From Octopus vulgaris (taxonomy: Eukaryota): DNA of 64,000 nucleotides. This document shows, piece by piece, positions 12,879 to 26,139 of this stretch. Position 1 is the first letter of the stretch, and each line of letters opens with the position of its first letter. The translations under genes were made by a program, and so were the position numbers. A model generated the notes under the pieces. The model searched no databases. It saw only the letters and a program-made list of their open reading frames with translations, and was not told the origin of the DNA. The stretch spans positions 65,968,001-66,032,000 of the forward strand of contig OX597815.1 in NCBI GenBank assembly GCA_951406725.2, in the 5' to 3' direction.

Positions 12879-15435
12879 TATATAACAAAAATACACCCTA
12901 ACAAACACACGCACACACGCACGCATGCATGCACACACAAACGCATATATACATATATATATACATACATACAAGCACACATAGAGGGCGAGAGATAGAG
13001 TGACAGAGAGAGAGAGGGGGGGGGTTCTATGATAGCAGGTATATGTGTTTTCTATATTCTTTCGTGAGAGAAGAAAGAGGAAAGAAAGGTGAAAGCAAAA
13101 GGAGTCCCTACGCATGTACCCCCTCACCACCACCACCACCGTCATGACTCTTTCCTAAACCATTGATCTTAGCCAGAACGTTACACAACCTGATTTCTTA
13201 TTCGTTTATCAAATTAAAAAAAAGAAAGTCCCTGCCTCTGTGCTGCACCAGATTAACTTTCTCGAGAAAGAAATACATTAGACTAAATGGAGTGTGGTAT
13301 ATCACTTATTTTATGGACCCCTAATGGATAAAAGGCAACTTTGTTCGGGGCAACGTCCGAAATCTAATGAAACTGCTGAGATTGGCATGGGGAATTTACG
13401 CTCCACGTGACAATCTTGTACGGTTTGAACTGCAGTACGATTTGAACAAACTGAATGAAAAAGCTAACACAAAATAGAATACTGTAATTAATTTCTTCAA
13501 ACGGTAGTAACTCTGTTCTTTTAATTCATTGCTATATATCAAACTTTTAATAAAGATTTATATTCCTTGAAGTTGGCAGAGAGGGTAGAGGACCGGATGA
13601 AAGGAATTCAGTATTTTATTTCCTTCAATATCTCTTTCCTCTCTTTTTCCTCTCTTTCTCATCTCTCTTTCTCCTTTCTCTCTTTCCTCTTTCCTCTATC
13701 TTTCTCTCTCTCTCCTTGCTTTTTCCTCTATCTTTCCTGTCTCTTTCTTTCCTCTAACTTTCTTCTCTCCTCTCTTTCCTCACTTTCTCCCATTTATTTG
13801 TCTTTCCCCCCCCTCTCTCTCTCTCTCTTTCTCTCTCTCCTCTCTTTCCTCACTTTCTCCCATTTATTTGTCTTTCCTTTCTATCTCTCTCCCTCTCTTT
13901 CTCTCTTCGTCCTAAGTTTAAACCCCAATCAGATTCGACTACGCTTTCACCTAACCATAAATAGATAAAACAGATTTTTAAAAAGGCTTAACCGTCAGTT
14001 GTGAACGTGTATGGCTTGTTGACATGTACCATGCTTCCGCTAATTGTTCTTCGGCTGTTATGTAGTCTCGCACAGACATAGACTTCCTTCCACCCTTTGA
14101 GCAGCAGAAAATCCAAGACGGTACAGCTGCATGGTGAGAGAAATACACCAGCACTTGGCTGATACTCACCTTCAGCTGAATAGACTGAAGCAACATAAAA
14201 TGAAGAGCCTTACGCAAGCCCAGTGTACGTCCTGCACCATGAATCGAATTCGCGATTTGATGATCGTGTACCCAACTCCCTGGTCACAAATCCAAGCACG
14301 TTCACATAAGATAGTTAGCATTAGTATAAACGGGTGACTCAGTCAACCATATTCTCACTTTCAACAACTGACTTATCTAAAACAACTAACTTATATAATT
14401 TACCTATTTATTAATGAGCCACTCTACGCATCCATTCGACCGCTGTTAAATCTCCTTCAAATCACACCTGAACGTCTAAAACAACTTGTTTTAACTATTT
14501 TTTGAGGGGTGAGGGTAAGCCGATTACATCGATGCCAGTACTTGACTCGTGCGTATTTATTTTATTGACTCCAAATCGATAAAAGGCAGAGTCAACCTCG
14601 GCGGAATTTGATCACAGCGTAAAGATCCGGAATACGTATCGCTAAACATTTTGTCAGCGGCGCTAATGATTCTAACGCTTTATTCTAAAGCGTAGGTAGA
14701 GTGAGTTCCACCGGTTGTTAGTATCGCTATGCCAAATCAAAATCATAAATTATTGCATATTTCCCGAAAAAAATTTAGCTGAACCCCATTTGTTAAATTT
14801 ATAAAACACGTTAATTATTTGGTACCGTGTGGCTGGCTAATTGCAACAAATTTATAGCTAATCTGAAAGTGTGTCAGATATAAATTAATTGTCTTCATCA
14901 CGAATATAACTGTTACATCAGTGACGAGATATGCAACATGTGCCATTCAGTTTAACGTTACTCTGACAATAGCATATCAACTCAGACAGCTATGCATCTC
15001 TGCTTTCGTGAAGAAGAAAATATAAATCAAACACTTGCAATAAAATGCGAACACCCCAACTATGCTTCAAACATTCGTGATGCATAATAGATATGGTGGT
15101 GGCCGTCCAAGGAACGGCAGTGATTAAACGCCAAACAATGTTAAAATACTAGTAACAGCGAGACGGCTCTCATGACGAGAAATTCCTTTATAGATTGGCA
15201 TTCCAACAACTGTGTTCGCACACCAAATGGCAAACGCGTATCATTTTTCTCTTGTCAAACAGTTTTGTTCTTTCCACTCAGTTCTAGGTTAGCAGAAAAG
15301 AGGGCAATGTGTTATGTCATATAAAATGGTATATAACATGAGATGGGATTTGTAACAATTGAAGATATGATTTCTCTAGCTACGCATACACATATAAAAG
15401 AATATACACACATACATACTCACACCTACACGCTA

Positions 15436-15466
<31 letters not shown>

Positions 15467-15538
15467 CACACACACACACACATATATAATACATGCCTAC
15501 ATATACATATATATGTTTGTGTATTATATGTCTGAGAG

Positions 15539-15587
<49 letters not shown>

Positions 15588-15598
15588 TATATAGAAGG

Positions 15599-15649
15599 AG
15601 CTTCTACAGGACTAGAACTGTTTCATTCAAGAGAAATCTTCAGGAAGCT
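15599..15649 (-). ncRNA. Type I hammerhead ribozyme (inverted copy)
   Basis: Exact reverse complement of 16513-16563. Confidence 0.8.
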
Positions 15650-16246
15650 AGTTAACAAGAATTGTATTGGCATTTATACATTTAGGCAGGTTTAAAGGGG
15701 TGTTGGTGGGGGACTTTTTGGGAGTAGGCATAGCGCAAAATATCATACTTGGGGGAGTGGTCAAGGAGTCAGTGTTAAATTAGATAGAAGAGTAAATAAA
15801 AAAATAGAAGAGTAAATAAAAAAATAAAAAAATATATATAAAAAAAGGGGAATAGAGTTTTAGGTAAATAAGGAGATTCTCACTTATACCTATGCACATA
15901 TGTATACATATATACACACACATACAATCATATATACAAATACATACACACATACATACACACACACATATATACATATATATACACTTACACATACATA
16001 TACATATCTACACATACACATATATGTATACATACACACACTCACATGCATACACGTATACACACATGTATATATACACACACGACCACACATACATATA
16101 CACACAGAAAAATATATATACACATACACACACATACTCACATACACGCATACACACACATATCCACACACACACATGCACACACAGCACACTAGTCCCT
16201 ATATACACATATATACACATACACACATATATACACACACATACAT

Positions 16247-16288
<42 letters not shown>

Positions 16289-16512
16289 GTGTACCTATGC
16301 ATACCTACACATACACACATATTTTTTTATTTTTTTATTTACTCTTCTATTTTTTTATTTTTTTATTTACTCTTCTATCTAATTTAACACTGACTCCTTG
16401 ACCACTCCCCCAAGTATGATATTTTGCGCTATGCCTACCCCCAAAAAGTCCCCCACCAACACCCCTTTAAACCTGCCTAAATGTATAAATGCCAATACAA
16501 TTCTTGTTAACT

Positions 16513-16563
16513 AGCTTCCTGAAGATTTCTCTTGAATGAAACAGTTCTAGTCCTGTAGAAGCT
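16513..16563 (+). ncRNA. Type I hammerhead ribozyme, canonical core
   Basis: AGCTTC-CTGAAGA-TTTC TCTT GAAT-GAAACAG ttctagtc CTGTA-GAAGCT; 6-bp helix I, 4-bp helix III, GUA triplet. Confidence 0.8.
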
Positions 16564-16646
16564 CCTTCTATATAATAAATTAATTTTACTCTGCTATGTA
16601 TTGAGTACCTTATTTACTGTGGTTAACCCCGAATCAACCCGGGACC

Positions 16647-16708
<62 letters not shown>

Positions 16709-16711
<3 letters not shown>

Positions 16712-16768
16712 CGGGAAGCTTTATGAAAATAAACAAAAGACGAAGGCAGGTGGAAAACAAACGAACAA

Positions 16769-16773
<5 letters not shown>
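16709..16773 (-). mobile_element. Solo 3' tail of PLE between (TA)n tracts
   Basis: Reverse complement of ~36369-36432. Confidence 0.85.
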
Positions 16774-16855
<82 letters not shown>

Positions 16856-17527
16856 TGTGTATATATAGGGAGAGATAGATAGATAGAGATAGACTAACAG
16901 ACAGACAGATAGACAAACATACACACACACTAATGTGTATAATCCATATATACATTCTTAACATGTTTCATCATATTCGAACGAGAATATGTTAATCGCT
17001 GTTATGTGTATATATATATATATATTTGTATATATATATGTGTGTATATATATAAATATTATGTTATATTATAGTTGTTATATCACGGTAGACAACGTGC
17101 GTTGACAATACACGTGATTCAGTGACATACGAGGACTCTGAATATCCGGTGTTTCAACATGATTGTATCTTTTCAGTCAAACTTATACCCAAATCTTTAA
17201 ATTTAACCAAGAATGGTTGTTCTTGTTTATAGAATGCAGTAAGCAAATTATCTACTTATATTTGCAAGTCGACAATAAAATAATCATCAGCACATAAAAT
17301 AGCAAGAATCAAAACAATCATAATCTTTTATCTTTTACCGTTTACTTGTTTCAGTTATTACACGGCGGCCATGCTGGTGCACTACCTTGAGGAACTTTCA
17401 GTCGAATGAATCGATCCCAGTAATTATTTTTCATTTTTAAGCTTTGTGCTTATTCAATCGGTTGCCTTTGCTGAACTGCTAAGTTACGGAGACATAATCA
17501 CACTAATTGTCAGAAACACACACATAC

Positions 17528-17574
<47 letters not shown>

Positions 17575-17701
17575 CGTGTGTGTATATATATATATATATA
17601 GTTAGTTAATCCAAACAAGAAAACACAAAAAACACAACAACGCGAGGACGTGGAACAAATATAGTATTATTGGACGCTCAGGAAAGAAGGGAAGAAGGAG
17701 G

Positions 17702-17736
17702 GTTTAACGTTTCGAGCGGAGCTCTTCGTCGGAAAC
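17702..17736 (-). ncRNA. Minimal hammerhead-like motif at PLE 3' end (core CCGACGA)
   Basis: GTTT-CCGACGA-A-GAGC TCC GCTC-GAAACGTT-AAAC. Confidence 0.65.
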
Positions 17737-19059
17737 ATAGGAGAAGGAAAGATCCAGAGAAGGAAAGACAGAGGAAAAAAATCGCCAACGGTACACACGA
17801 GGTCACATTTTGAAAGACCAGAAGGAGAAAGAGTGAAGAAAGATGTTTTCAAAGACAGAAGAGTTTTCAAAGACAGAAGAGTAGTATGGTCAAAGACAGC
17901 GGAATGTAGGAGGGGGAATGTGTGTGTAAGTGTGGATGTGTGCGTGCGCGGAATTCTGTGTGTGCGTGTGTGTGTGTGCGTGTGTGTGTGTGTGTGTGTG
18001 TATGTGCGTGTGGTTGTAGCTGTAAACAACAGGCTAGTAGCTGGCTAGTTCGTAAGAATAAGCAGTGGTGTGTTTGTATCCCTGCCACAGGTCAGTACAT
18101 TGAAGTATGTGTGTGTGTGCGTGTATGTATATGTATCGTGTGTGTGTTTTGTTTGTAGTGTGTGTGTGTATGTGTGTGTTCGTGTGTGTATGCGTAGAGT
18201 TTGAGTGTGTGATGAATAACTGTGCTTTACTTAGTGTATGTGTGCATGTGTACTTGTACGTGCGTATGTGTGTATATATATGTATGTATAATTGTGTGCC
18301 GTGTGTATGGGATGTATGTGTGGGTTCATTTGTGTGTGTGTGTATGTATGTGCGTGCGTGTCGTATGTGCGTGTATTTGTGTGTGCGTGTATGTGTGCGT
18401 TTGTATGTGTGTGTGTAAGCGTATATGGATGTATATGCGTGTGTCCGTGGGGTTGTGAGTTTTGGGTGTGTGCATTGGTGTGCGTGTGTGCGTGCGTATA
18501 TGTGCGCATGTTTTTGTGTGCGTATGTGCGTGTGTCTGTGCCTATATGTGTATACGTGCGCGTGTAGGCATATATTGTGTGTATGTATATGTATCGGTGT
18601 GTATGTGAATTTGTGTAAGCGTATGTGTGGGGGGTTTGGAGTTGTGTGGGCGTAATGTGCGTGCGTGCGCTTGTGTGCGTGTGTGCGCTTACGTGCGTGT
18701 ATGTGTGTGTGTGTCTGTTCGCATGTGTGTATGAATGTGTGCGTATCAGTATGAATATTGTTTGTTGGAGGTATATGCGGGCATCTGTGGTGGTGTGTGT
18801 GTTTGTACGTGTGTATGTGTGTGTGCGTGTATTGTATATATATGTGTGTGTGTGTGCGTATGTGTGTACGTGCGTGCGAGTGAATGTATGTATACATATG
18901 CGTGTGTGTATAAATGTAGAGGTTTATATGTGTGTATATATATGTATGCAAGGACACACTTTATAATTGAAAGATTGATGGAAAAAAAATTGGTGTGGGT
19001 GTATGTGAATCCACAGTCACACATACATACACTGACGCACGCCTGCAATACCATATGTG

Positions 19060-19091
<32 letters not shown>

Positions 19092-19966
19092 TGTATGTAT
19101 GTATGTATGTGTGTATGTATGTATGTATGTGTGTGTATGTATGCATGTGCGTGTGTATGTGTGTATGTGTGTATGTATGTATGTATGTATATATGTATGT
19201 GTGCATGTGTGTGTGTATGTATGTATGTATGTATGTGTATGTATGTATGTATGTATGTATGTGTGTATGTGTGTATGTGTGTATGTGTGTATGTGTGTAT
19301 GTGTATGTATGTATGTATGTATGTATGTATGTATGTATCTATCTATCTATCTATGTGTGTGTATGTATGTATGTATGTATGTGTATATGTGTGTGTGTGT
19401 ATGTATGTATGTATGTATGTATGTATGTATGTTTGTGTGTATATGTGTATGTATGTATGTATGTATGTATGCATGTATGTATGTGTGTGTATGTATGTAT
19501 GTGTGTGTGTGTGAATGTATGCGTGTGTGGGGGGGTTTTCAGTTGTGTGGGCGTAATGTACATGCGCGTGTGCTTGTGTGCGTGTGTGCGCTTACGTGCG
19601 TGTATGTGTGTGTGTGTCTCTGCCCATGTGTGTATAAGTGTGTGCGTATCTGTATGAGTATTGTTTGTTGGTGTGTGTGCATGGGCATATGTGTGTGTGT
19701 GCGTGGGTGTGTGTGGGTGTGTGGGTGTGTGCATTTTTGTGTGCATGTATGTTGTATGTTTGTGGAGTGTTGGAAGTATGTGTGTTCGTGGATACGTGAG
19801 TATGTGTGTGTATGTGTTTTTGTATAAGGACAAAATATTTATTTTAAAAAATATTTTAAAAAGTGGGGGAGGAAGAAATAAGAAATGAAAAAATAAAAAA
19901 AATTAAATAAAAAAATAAAGTAAAAAAATAAAAAAAGGTGCTTGTGCGAGAGGTGGAGCGCAGTCA

Positions 19967-21270
19967 CTAAGAGGAGGGGCCTGTGCTGAGTCCGTGCGGG
20001 GTATTGGTCTGTAGAGTGAAAATGAGCCGTTGCTCCAAGTGAAGCCTGGATTGTAGAGGACCGGTGTGTGGGGCGAGACCAAACACAGAGATGTCATCGT
20101 GGGAATGGCTGGCCGAGCAGAAGTGACGTGCGACGGGAGAATTAGAACGCAGACGAACATCCCTTAGATGTTCGGCGAATCGGTCTGCCAACCGGCGACC
20201 CGTCTGTCCTACATACAGCATTCCGCAGAGGTTGCATTTAATGCAATATATGAGACAAGATGAAGTGCACGTAAAGGAATGTCTAATACGTACAGTTCGC
20301 TGGTTGGAACCGGTGACAGCAGTGGTGTTGGTGATGAAGGGGCAGGTGTTGCAGCGGGATCTGGAGCACGGGAAGGATCCGTGTGGGGCTGAGGGGGAAG
20401 AAGAGAGGATGCTACGGACCAGGGGATTACGTAGATTCCGGGCTCGTTTGAAGGAGGACAGGGGTGGGTTGGGGAAAATGGGGCCGGTCGTGGGATCGAG
20501 CTGGAGACGACGCAAGGCACGTAATATCTTCCGACGAAGGGGTAGAGTAGAGGGGTGGAAAAGGAGGGGAAAGGGGGTGCGGTTGGGGGGTTGGTGAGAG
20601 GAAGGAGAAAGGGCGGTGGTGCGGTCGATGCGACGAGCGCGGGCGAGGGCGTTCAAGACCAGGGTTGGTGGGTATCCTCGATGCCTGAACAGGCGGGCCA
20701 GGTATTGAGACTGGGTCTCGAAATCCTGGTCGCGACTGCACAAGCGTCGGAGGCGGAGGAACTGGGAGTAGGGGATGGCCCGTTTGGTGTGGAAGAGATG
20801 GGAGGAGGAGAAGTTGAGATAGAGGTGGGAATCCGTGAGTTTGAAGAAGGCGGAGGTGGTGAGAGAGTGGGAGGGGTGGTCGATGCGAAGAGAGATATCA
20901 AGGAAGTTAACAGAGGTATTGGAGATAGTGGAAGTGAATTGGAGAGAGGGGTGGAAGTTAGAGAGGAAAGAGATGAAGTGGCAGAGTTGTTCGCGGGAAA
21001 GGGAGGTGGCGCCTAGGTTGTCGTCTATGTAGCGACCGTATAGTTCTGGGGTCGGCCCGGAGAATTAGGAGAATACTTGGGCCTCAATGTAACCAACAAA
21101 GAGATTGGCGAAATTGGGGCCCATTCTCGTACCCATCGCGACCCCAGACAGCTATTGGTACGTTTCCCCGGCGAACGTGAAACAGTTGAGGGTGAGGACG
21201 AGCTCTGCCAGGCGTAGAAGGGGGGGGGGTGGGGGGGGGGGGTCGGGACGACGGTCGAGGAAGTGTTGTA
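19967..21270 (-). pseudogene. PLE reverse transcriptase/GIY-YIG endonuclease, disrupted
   Basis: RT motifs and C-terminal GIY-YIG; stops in RT part. Confidence 0.9.
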
Positions 21271-21281
21271 GGGATAAATAT

Positions 21282-21331
<50 letters not shown>

Positions 21332-21335
21332 CACT

Positions 21336-21505
21336 CGCAACGGGCATCTTTCAGTTTCCTTCTACCAAATCCATTTAAAGGCTTTGGTTGAGTCCAAGGC
21401 TATAGTAGAAGACACTTGCCCAAGGTGCCAATCAGTGGGACTGAACCTGAAACTATGCGGTTGTTGAAAAGCAATCTTCTTATCACACAGTCACGCCTGA
21501 GCCTA
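21336..21505 (-). mobile_element. tRNA-derived SINE family B head
   Basis: Matches 46560-46721; B-box GGTTCAGTCCC. Confidence 0.8.
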
Positions 21506-21575
21506 TGAGTATATGAATCCCTAGCATATTCTGGCAGATTTAGGTTGGTAGGTAATTAGGTAGTTAGGCAAGAAA

Positions 21576-21637
<62 letters not shown>

Positions 21638-21638
21638 C

Positions 21639-21669
<31 letters not shown>

Positions 21670-21740
21670 CGATAGATAGATAGATAGATAGATATATATA
21701 TATAGATAGATAGATAGATAGATAGATAGATCGATAGATC

Positions 21741-21791
<51 letters not shown>

Positions 21792-22147
21792 GGGAACTAT
21801 TCATCTAATTATTGGACACTGAACGTCCTGTTACATTGTGATACTGTTTGCCAACAGATGAGAGTAATGGAGATAGATCAAAATAAATTGGCAAAATTTA
21901 GGATTAACTCTCCCCCACCCCAGTAAGTGAATAAAGTAAAACGTTACAAAATCGTAGGGCATACTAGAAACCACAATAAACAACTTACGTTAAAACGGAC
22001 TGTTGAATTATGTCTTTATTTAAAAGTCGCAATCAAATTTGTCTTGCAAGGAGTAGCATAGAACTCATTCACCCCATATCTAATAATATCACTAAATTGG
22101 CCATTGTTTTGTACTCTGGCGAATCTGTCAATTTTTTTATTACTTTA

Positions 22148-22542
22148 CTAGCAGTATCGCCCGGCGTTGCTCGGGTTTGTAAGGGAAATAATTATATAAG
22201 CATTTTTATAGATGTAAAGTATAATAGCCATCTCAATATGGCTAACCACAAAGGGGGAGGGGTGTTACTGTAGCTTTTTACGTTCTGAGATTTAATAATA
22301 AATTTTAGAGAGTTACTTCCCTTATATATGTCAAAAATGGATTAAAAATGGGAAAAATTGATGGTAAATTTTTTTTTAAATCGTAGACTCATCGTAGACG
22401 CGCGCTAATACCCAGACGGTCTTGATATGAATCACGACTATAAGATACCCGGTTTTGGTTAAACTGCACCGCAAAATGTGGGAGTAGTTAGGAATCTAAA
22501 TCGTAGGAGACAGACACACAACCTCACTTTTATATATAAAGA
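22148..22542 (-). mobile_element. Non-autonomous Helitron
   Basis: 5' TCTTTATATATAAAAG, 3' hairpin CCCGAGCAACGCCGGG then CTAG, inserted between A and T; same 3' end at 50375. Confidence 0.85.
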
Positions 22543-22605
22543 TTTCCTCTATTTACATAATATTGAGGTCCCTTTCTTTCTTTTGTTATCTTACTGTTTT
22601 TACCA

Positions 22606-22664
<59 letters not shown>

Positions 22665-22672
22665 TATATATA

Positions 22673-22995
22673 GTTACAGAGATGTACTTGCATAGCAAGT
22701 GACTTGATCTGAGATCGTGTGCTGGAACGAAAACAGTTGCAGCGTTGAAGGTGTTTATAAGCCATTTAAGAAACACACAAAAACCGTTAGATTCACTTCA
22801 ACATTTAAATTTAATTTGTCAAAATATTTTCGTCGCTTTGAGACCGCGACCTGTTAGCACGATATTTTTGTCAGTGAACAGGTCGCGGTCTCAAAGCGAG
22901 GAAAATATTTTGGCAAATTAAATTTAAATGTTGAAGTGAATCTAACGGTTTTTGTGTGTTTCTTAAATGGCTTACAAACACCTTCCACGCTGCAA
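22673..22995. mobile_element. Fold-back PLE-type insertion in (TA)n
   Basis: Inverted arms ~22737-22855 / ~22876-22995; left arm has an extra ~65-nt tail. Confidence 0.85.
22867..22917 (+). ncRNA. Hammerhead-like motif with G3-C8 swapped core (GUGAACA)
   Basis: TTTGTCA-GTGAACA-G-GTCGC ggtctcaaa GCGA(C/G)-GAAAATATTT-TG(A/G)CAAA. Confidence 0.65.
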
Positions 22996-23008
22996 TATAT
23001 ATATACAC

Positions 23009-23046
<38 letters not shown>

Positions 23047-23689
23047 GTATGTGTGTATATGTGTATGCATGTATGTGTGTGTGTGTGCGTGTCTGTGCTT
23101 GTGATTGTCCTCCACCACTGCTTGACAACGAATGTTGGTTTGTTTACATCCCTGTCACCTAGTGGTTTGACAAAGGAAACAGATAGAATAAGTACAATGC
23201 TTACAAAAATAAAACTGGAGTTGATTCATTAAACTACAATTCTTCAAGGCATTGCCCCAGCATGGCCACAGACCAATGGCTGGAAAAAGCAGAAGAATAA
23301 AAGAATACATTCTCTGCTTTGGTCTTATGTTCAAGGCATGAGAAAGCTTGAGTTTACATGAGAAGGCCTAACAGACCTGGTAGAAACAGCAGCCAAATCT
23401 CCCTCAAATCACACCTTACTGTCTTATGTATGTATATATATATATATATATATATACAAGCCACTACGGTTATTTAATGTAAAGTCTTCCTCAAATCACT
23501 CTCGCTATTTACTCTCTTCCAAGAACATTTTCACTCACTCTTATCTCTTAGCTTCCCATACATTTTACTCATGTATCTATCAGCGTCATAGACAGAAACA
23601 AATATTACATCGTCATCGCCATCGCCATCGCATTCTATTTTCTACCTGTCAACACACAGTGAATTAGTTTCACTTTATTCGTTGCACAC

Positions 23690-23934
23690 TGTGTGTGTGC
23701 GTTTGCGTGTGCTGTAAACCAGACTAAGAAAAGCATTTGACATACACACCAGAATGTGAGTTTTCTGTAAATTTTGCTTAATTGGAGTTTAAATTTTAAA
23801 AACTGGACCTGGCATGACCCGATGCATTCTACTCTTAAAAATGCTAGGTAAATTGTAATTGAAGAAATCCTATATTGTAGATTTCTATAAGTGACAAAGG
23901 GAGGCAGATAAAATCTGCCTTTTATAATAAGAGA
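23690..23934 (-). mobile_element. Helitron-like 5' end fragment
   Basis: 5' TCTCTTATTATAAAAGG; homologous to 51700-51944. Confidence 0.65.
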
Positions 23935-24199
23935 TTTACTTTATGGGAAGAGTTAATTTTAACTTTTGTGTATTCACTCTGATCTATCTCCATCAGGCTG
24001 AGTTAAAAGTTGTCGTATTTCAAGCTTTAATTAATAGTTTAAATTACATACGTAAAATTACATACTCATCAAAATATATCCCATTATATCTTATTGTCTG
24101 TTGCCATCGTTGTGTCAGAAGCTCAGTTCCAAGTTTATACCATTTGGCTGGTTTAGAGGCAAATATCTCCCTACATCCTTTTCACCCTCATCTATATTG

Positions 24200-24350
24200 T
24201 TGAACTTCCGTCTGTGTAGGAAATGAGCCATGGCACAGGAAATGTGGTATTCTGATAGTGCAAGTCTGGACCCTAGGTAGGATGAGGCAGCACGCTTGGT
24301 CACATTGACAGTGTGTGCTGGGACATTGTCATGCTGTAGGAGTGCGCGTT
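24200..24350 (-). pseudogene. Mariner transposase catalytic fragment
   Basis: LQHDNVPAH...LPHP..PDLALSEYHISCAMAHFL. Confidence 0.7.
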
Positions 24351-26139
24351 TTTTGCCATATATATGTGTGTTGTATCTTTGTGTTTGCGTATATGCCCTC
24401 TATCGCTTGACAACCGGTGTTGGTTTGTTTACGTCCCCGTAACTGGGTGGTTTTGATGAGAAAGATCGATAGAATAAATATAAACTTTAAAAGAAAAAGT
24501 ATTGGTGTCGATTTGTTCGATTAAATTCTAAAGAATGGCTACACGATCCAATGATTGAAGGAAGTAAAAAGTAAACAGTAAAAGGCATATCTTCATATAA
24601 AAGTCAATTATTATTATGTTTGATTGCAAATATTGGAAAGATCTTTGTAGTTGCTACAACGTGTTTTAGTAAAGAATTATTTTACACACAAAGATTGTCT
24701 TCTAATAACAAAGTACTCCACCTAATTCTTAACAGTGCATTGCCACCAATAAACACCACTTATTCATATATTTTACAAACTAGGAACAAAAGGGATGGCC
24801 TTTATTTCTTCAAACAGTTGTCATTAAGTGTTTCAATTAGTTGCTATTGTTTTGCTTCTATTATTTACATAATAAACCAGCATAAGTAGTCGAGTCACTG
24901 ACAGCTCTGACCGATTAAATGGCCGTAGCTTATGTATGAAACATGTATGAAACATTATATTGGCAACAATAGAAAGCCTTAGGTGAGGTGGCCTATATTT
25001 ACATATATAATATACATATACATATATACATTCACACACGCATACATATGTATATAGATATACGCACACACACACACACGTACAGACACACACACATGCA
25101 CAAACACTCATACATACACACACACAAACACAAACACAAACACACACACACACATGCATAGCTTTATAAGTATCATGTGTATATTTGTCTTTGCATTTGT
25201 ATTGATAGCAGAATAGAAACCAGTCGTTAACAAAGGACAAAGTTGATTGTTTTTTCTGTCTCAAGAACCCTCCATGATATTAAAATATATTTTATCTTAA
25301 GTGTTTTCTTTGGCCGTAATTAGCATAATAGCATCCGTACTCTAAGGTTGCACCTTTTTTAAGAATTTTTCTGCAAGAAAGATTTCTCTTAAAAGAATCT
25401 TTCTGGAGATTCTATAATCAATGATTCAGTTAACTTCTTTTAAAGAACATTTTTTTACGCAAGTTTCGGGATTTTTCTATTGCGAGGCTGTATTATGCTA
25501 CTTAGTCTATTAGATAGATATCAATAGTCATAATGAACAACATATAATCAGAGCAAAAAGCCTTAGATGCTGTATTCTCTACAATTGTAGACAAGACAAT
25601 TCCATCTCATCTCCACAACTGTACATGACTTTTATACTCTGACAAAACAATACCAAATTTACAATTTGTATTACAACCCCTTATTGTTCAAGACACAGAA
25701 TAGATTTTGAATTCATGGAGCTATGGAATATCGGTCAAGTACGTGCTGTGAAACATTATAACACATGACCTAGAGGTTCGGGTGTTTGGATCACGATCAT
25801 TAGGTCGTGCGTTCAATTTTTGGACCGGGCAATAAGTTGTGTCGTTGTATTTCAGCTGTAAATGAGTATCACCCGGTTACTGGTGGAGCTCTCTCTCCCC
25901 TTCTCTCTCCTCCTCTCTTCCCCCTCTCTACCCTTCCACCCCTCTCTCGCTCTCCAGATGTGCCGCTGAATCAAAGGTGAAGGAGCGCGAGAGGATATCT
26001 ATGTCTGCTGATAAGTCCTAGGGTTAAAAAAATATCCTAAGGATGAGGTCATAACCTGATAGAAACTTAATGTAAAAAGGATGACAAGTGTGTATTTGAT
26101 ATCAACCGTTTGGCTTTCTTTTAGATGCCGTCATTGGCG

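Larger units (their letters stand above)
15582..16650. mobile_element. Fold-back PLE-type insertion flanked by (TA)n
   Basis: Near-identical inverted arms ~15582-15835 / ~16320-16580 around a CA/TA-rich spacer; right arm has an extra ~70-nt tail. Confidence 0.85.
17601..21270 (-). mobile_element. Penelope-like retroelement, 5'-truncated (RT + GIY-YIG + long low-complexity 3' UTR + HHR-like motif)
   Basis: GVAMGTRMGPNFANLFVG and YIDD (~21021-21032); ORF 19967-20743 with CSRSRCNTC and LIYCIKCNLCGMLYVGQTGRRLADRFAEH; in-frame stops; bounded by (TA)n. Confidence 0.92.
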
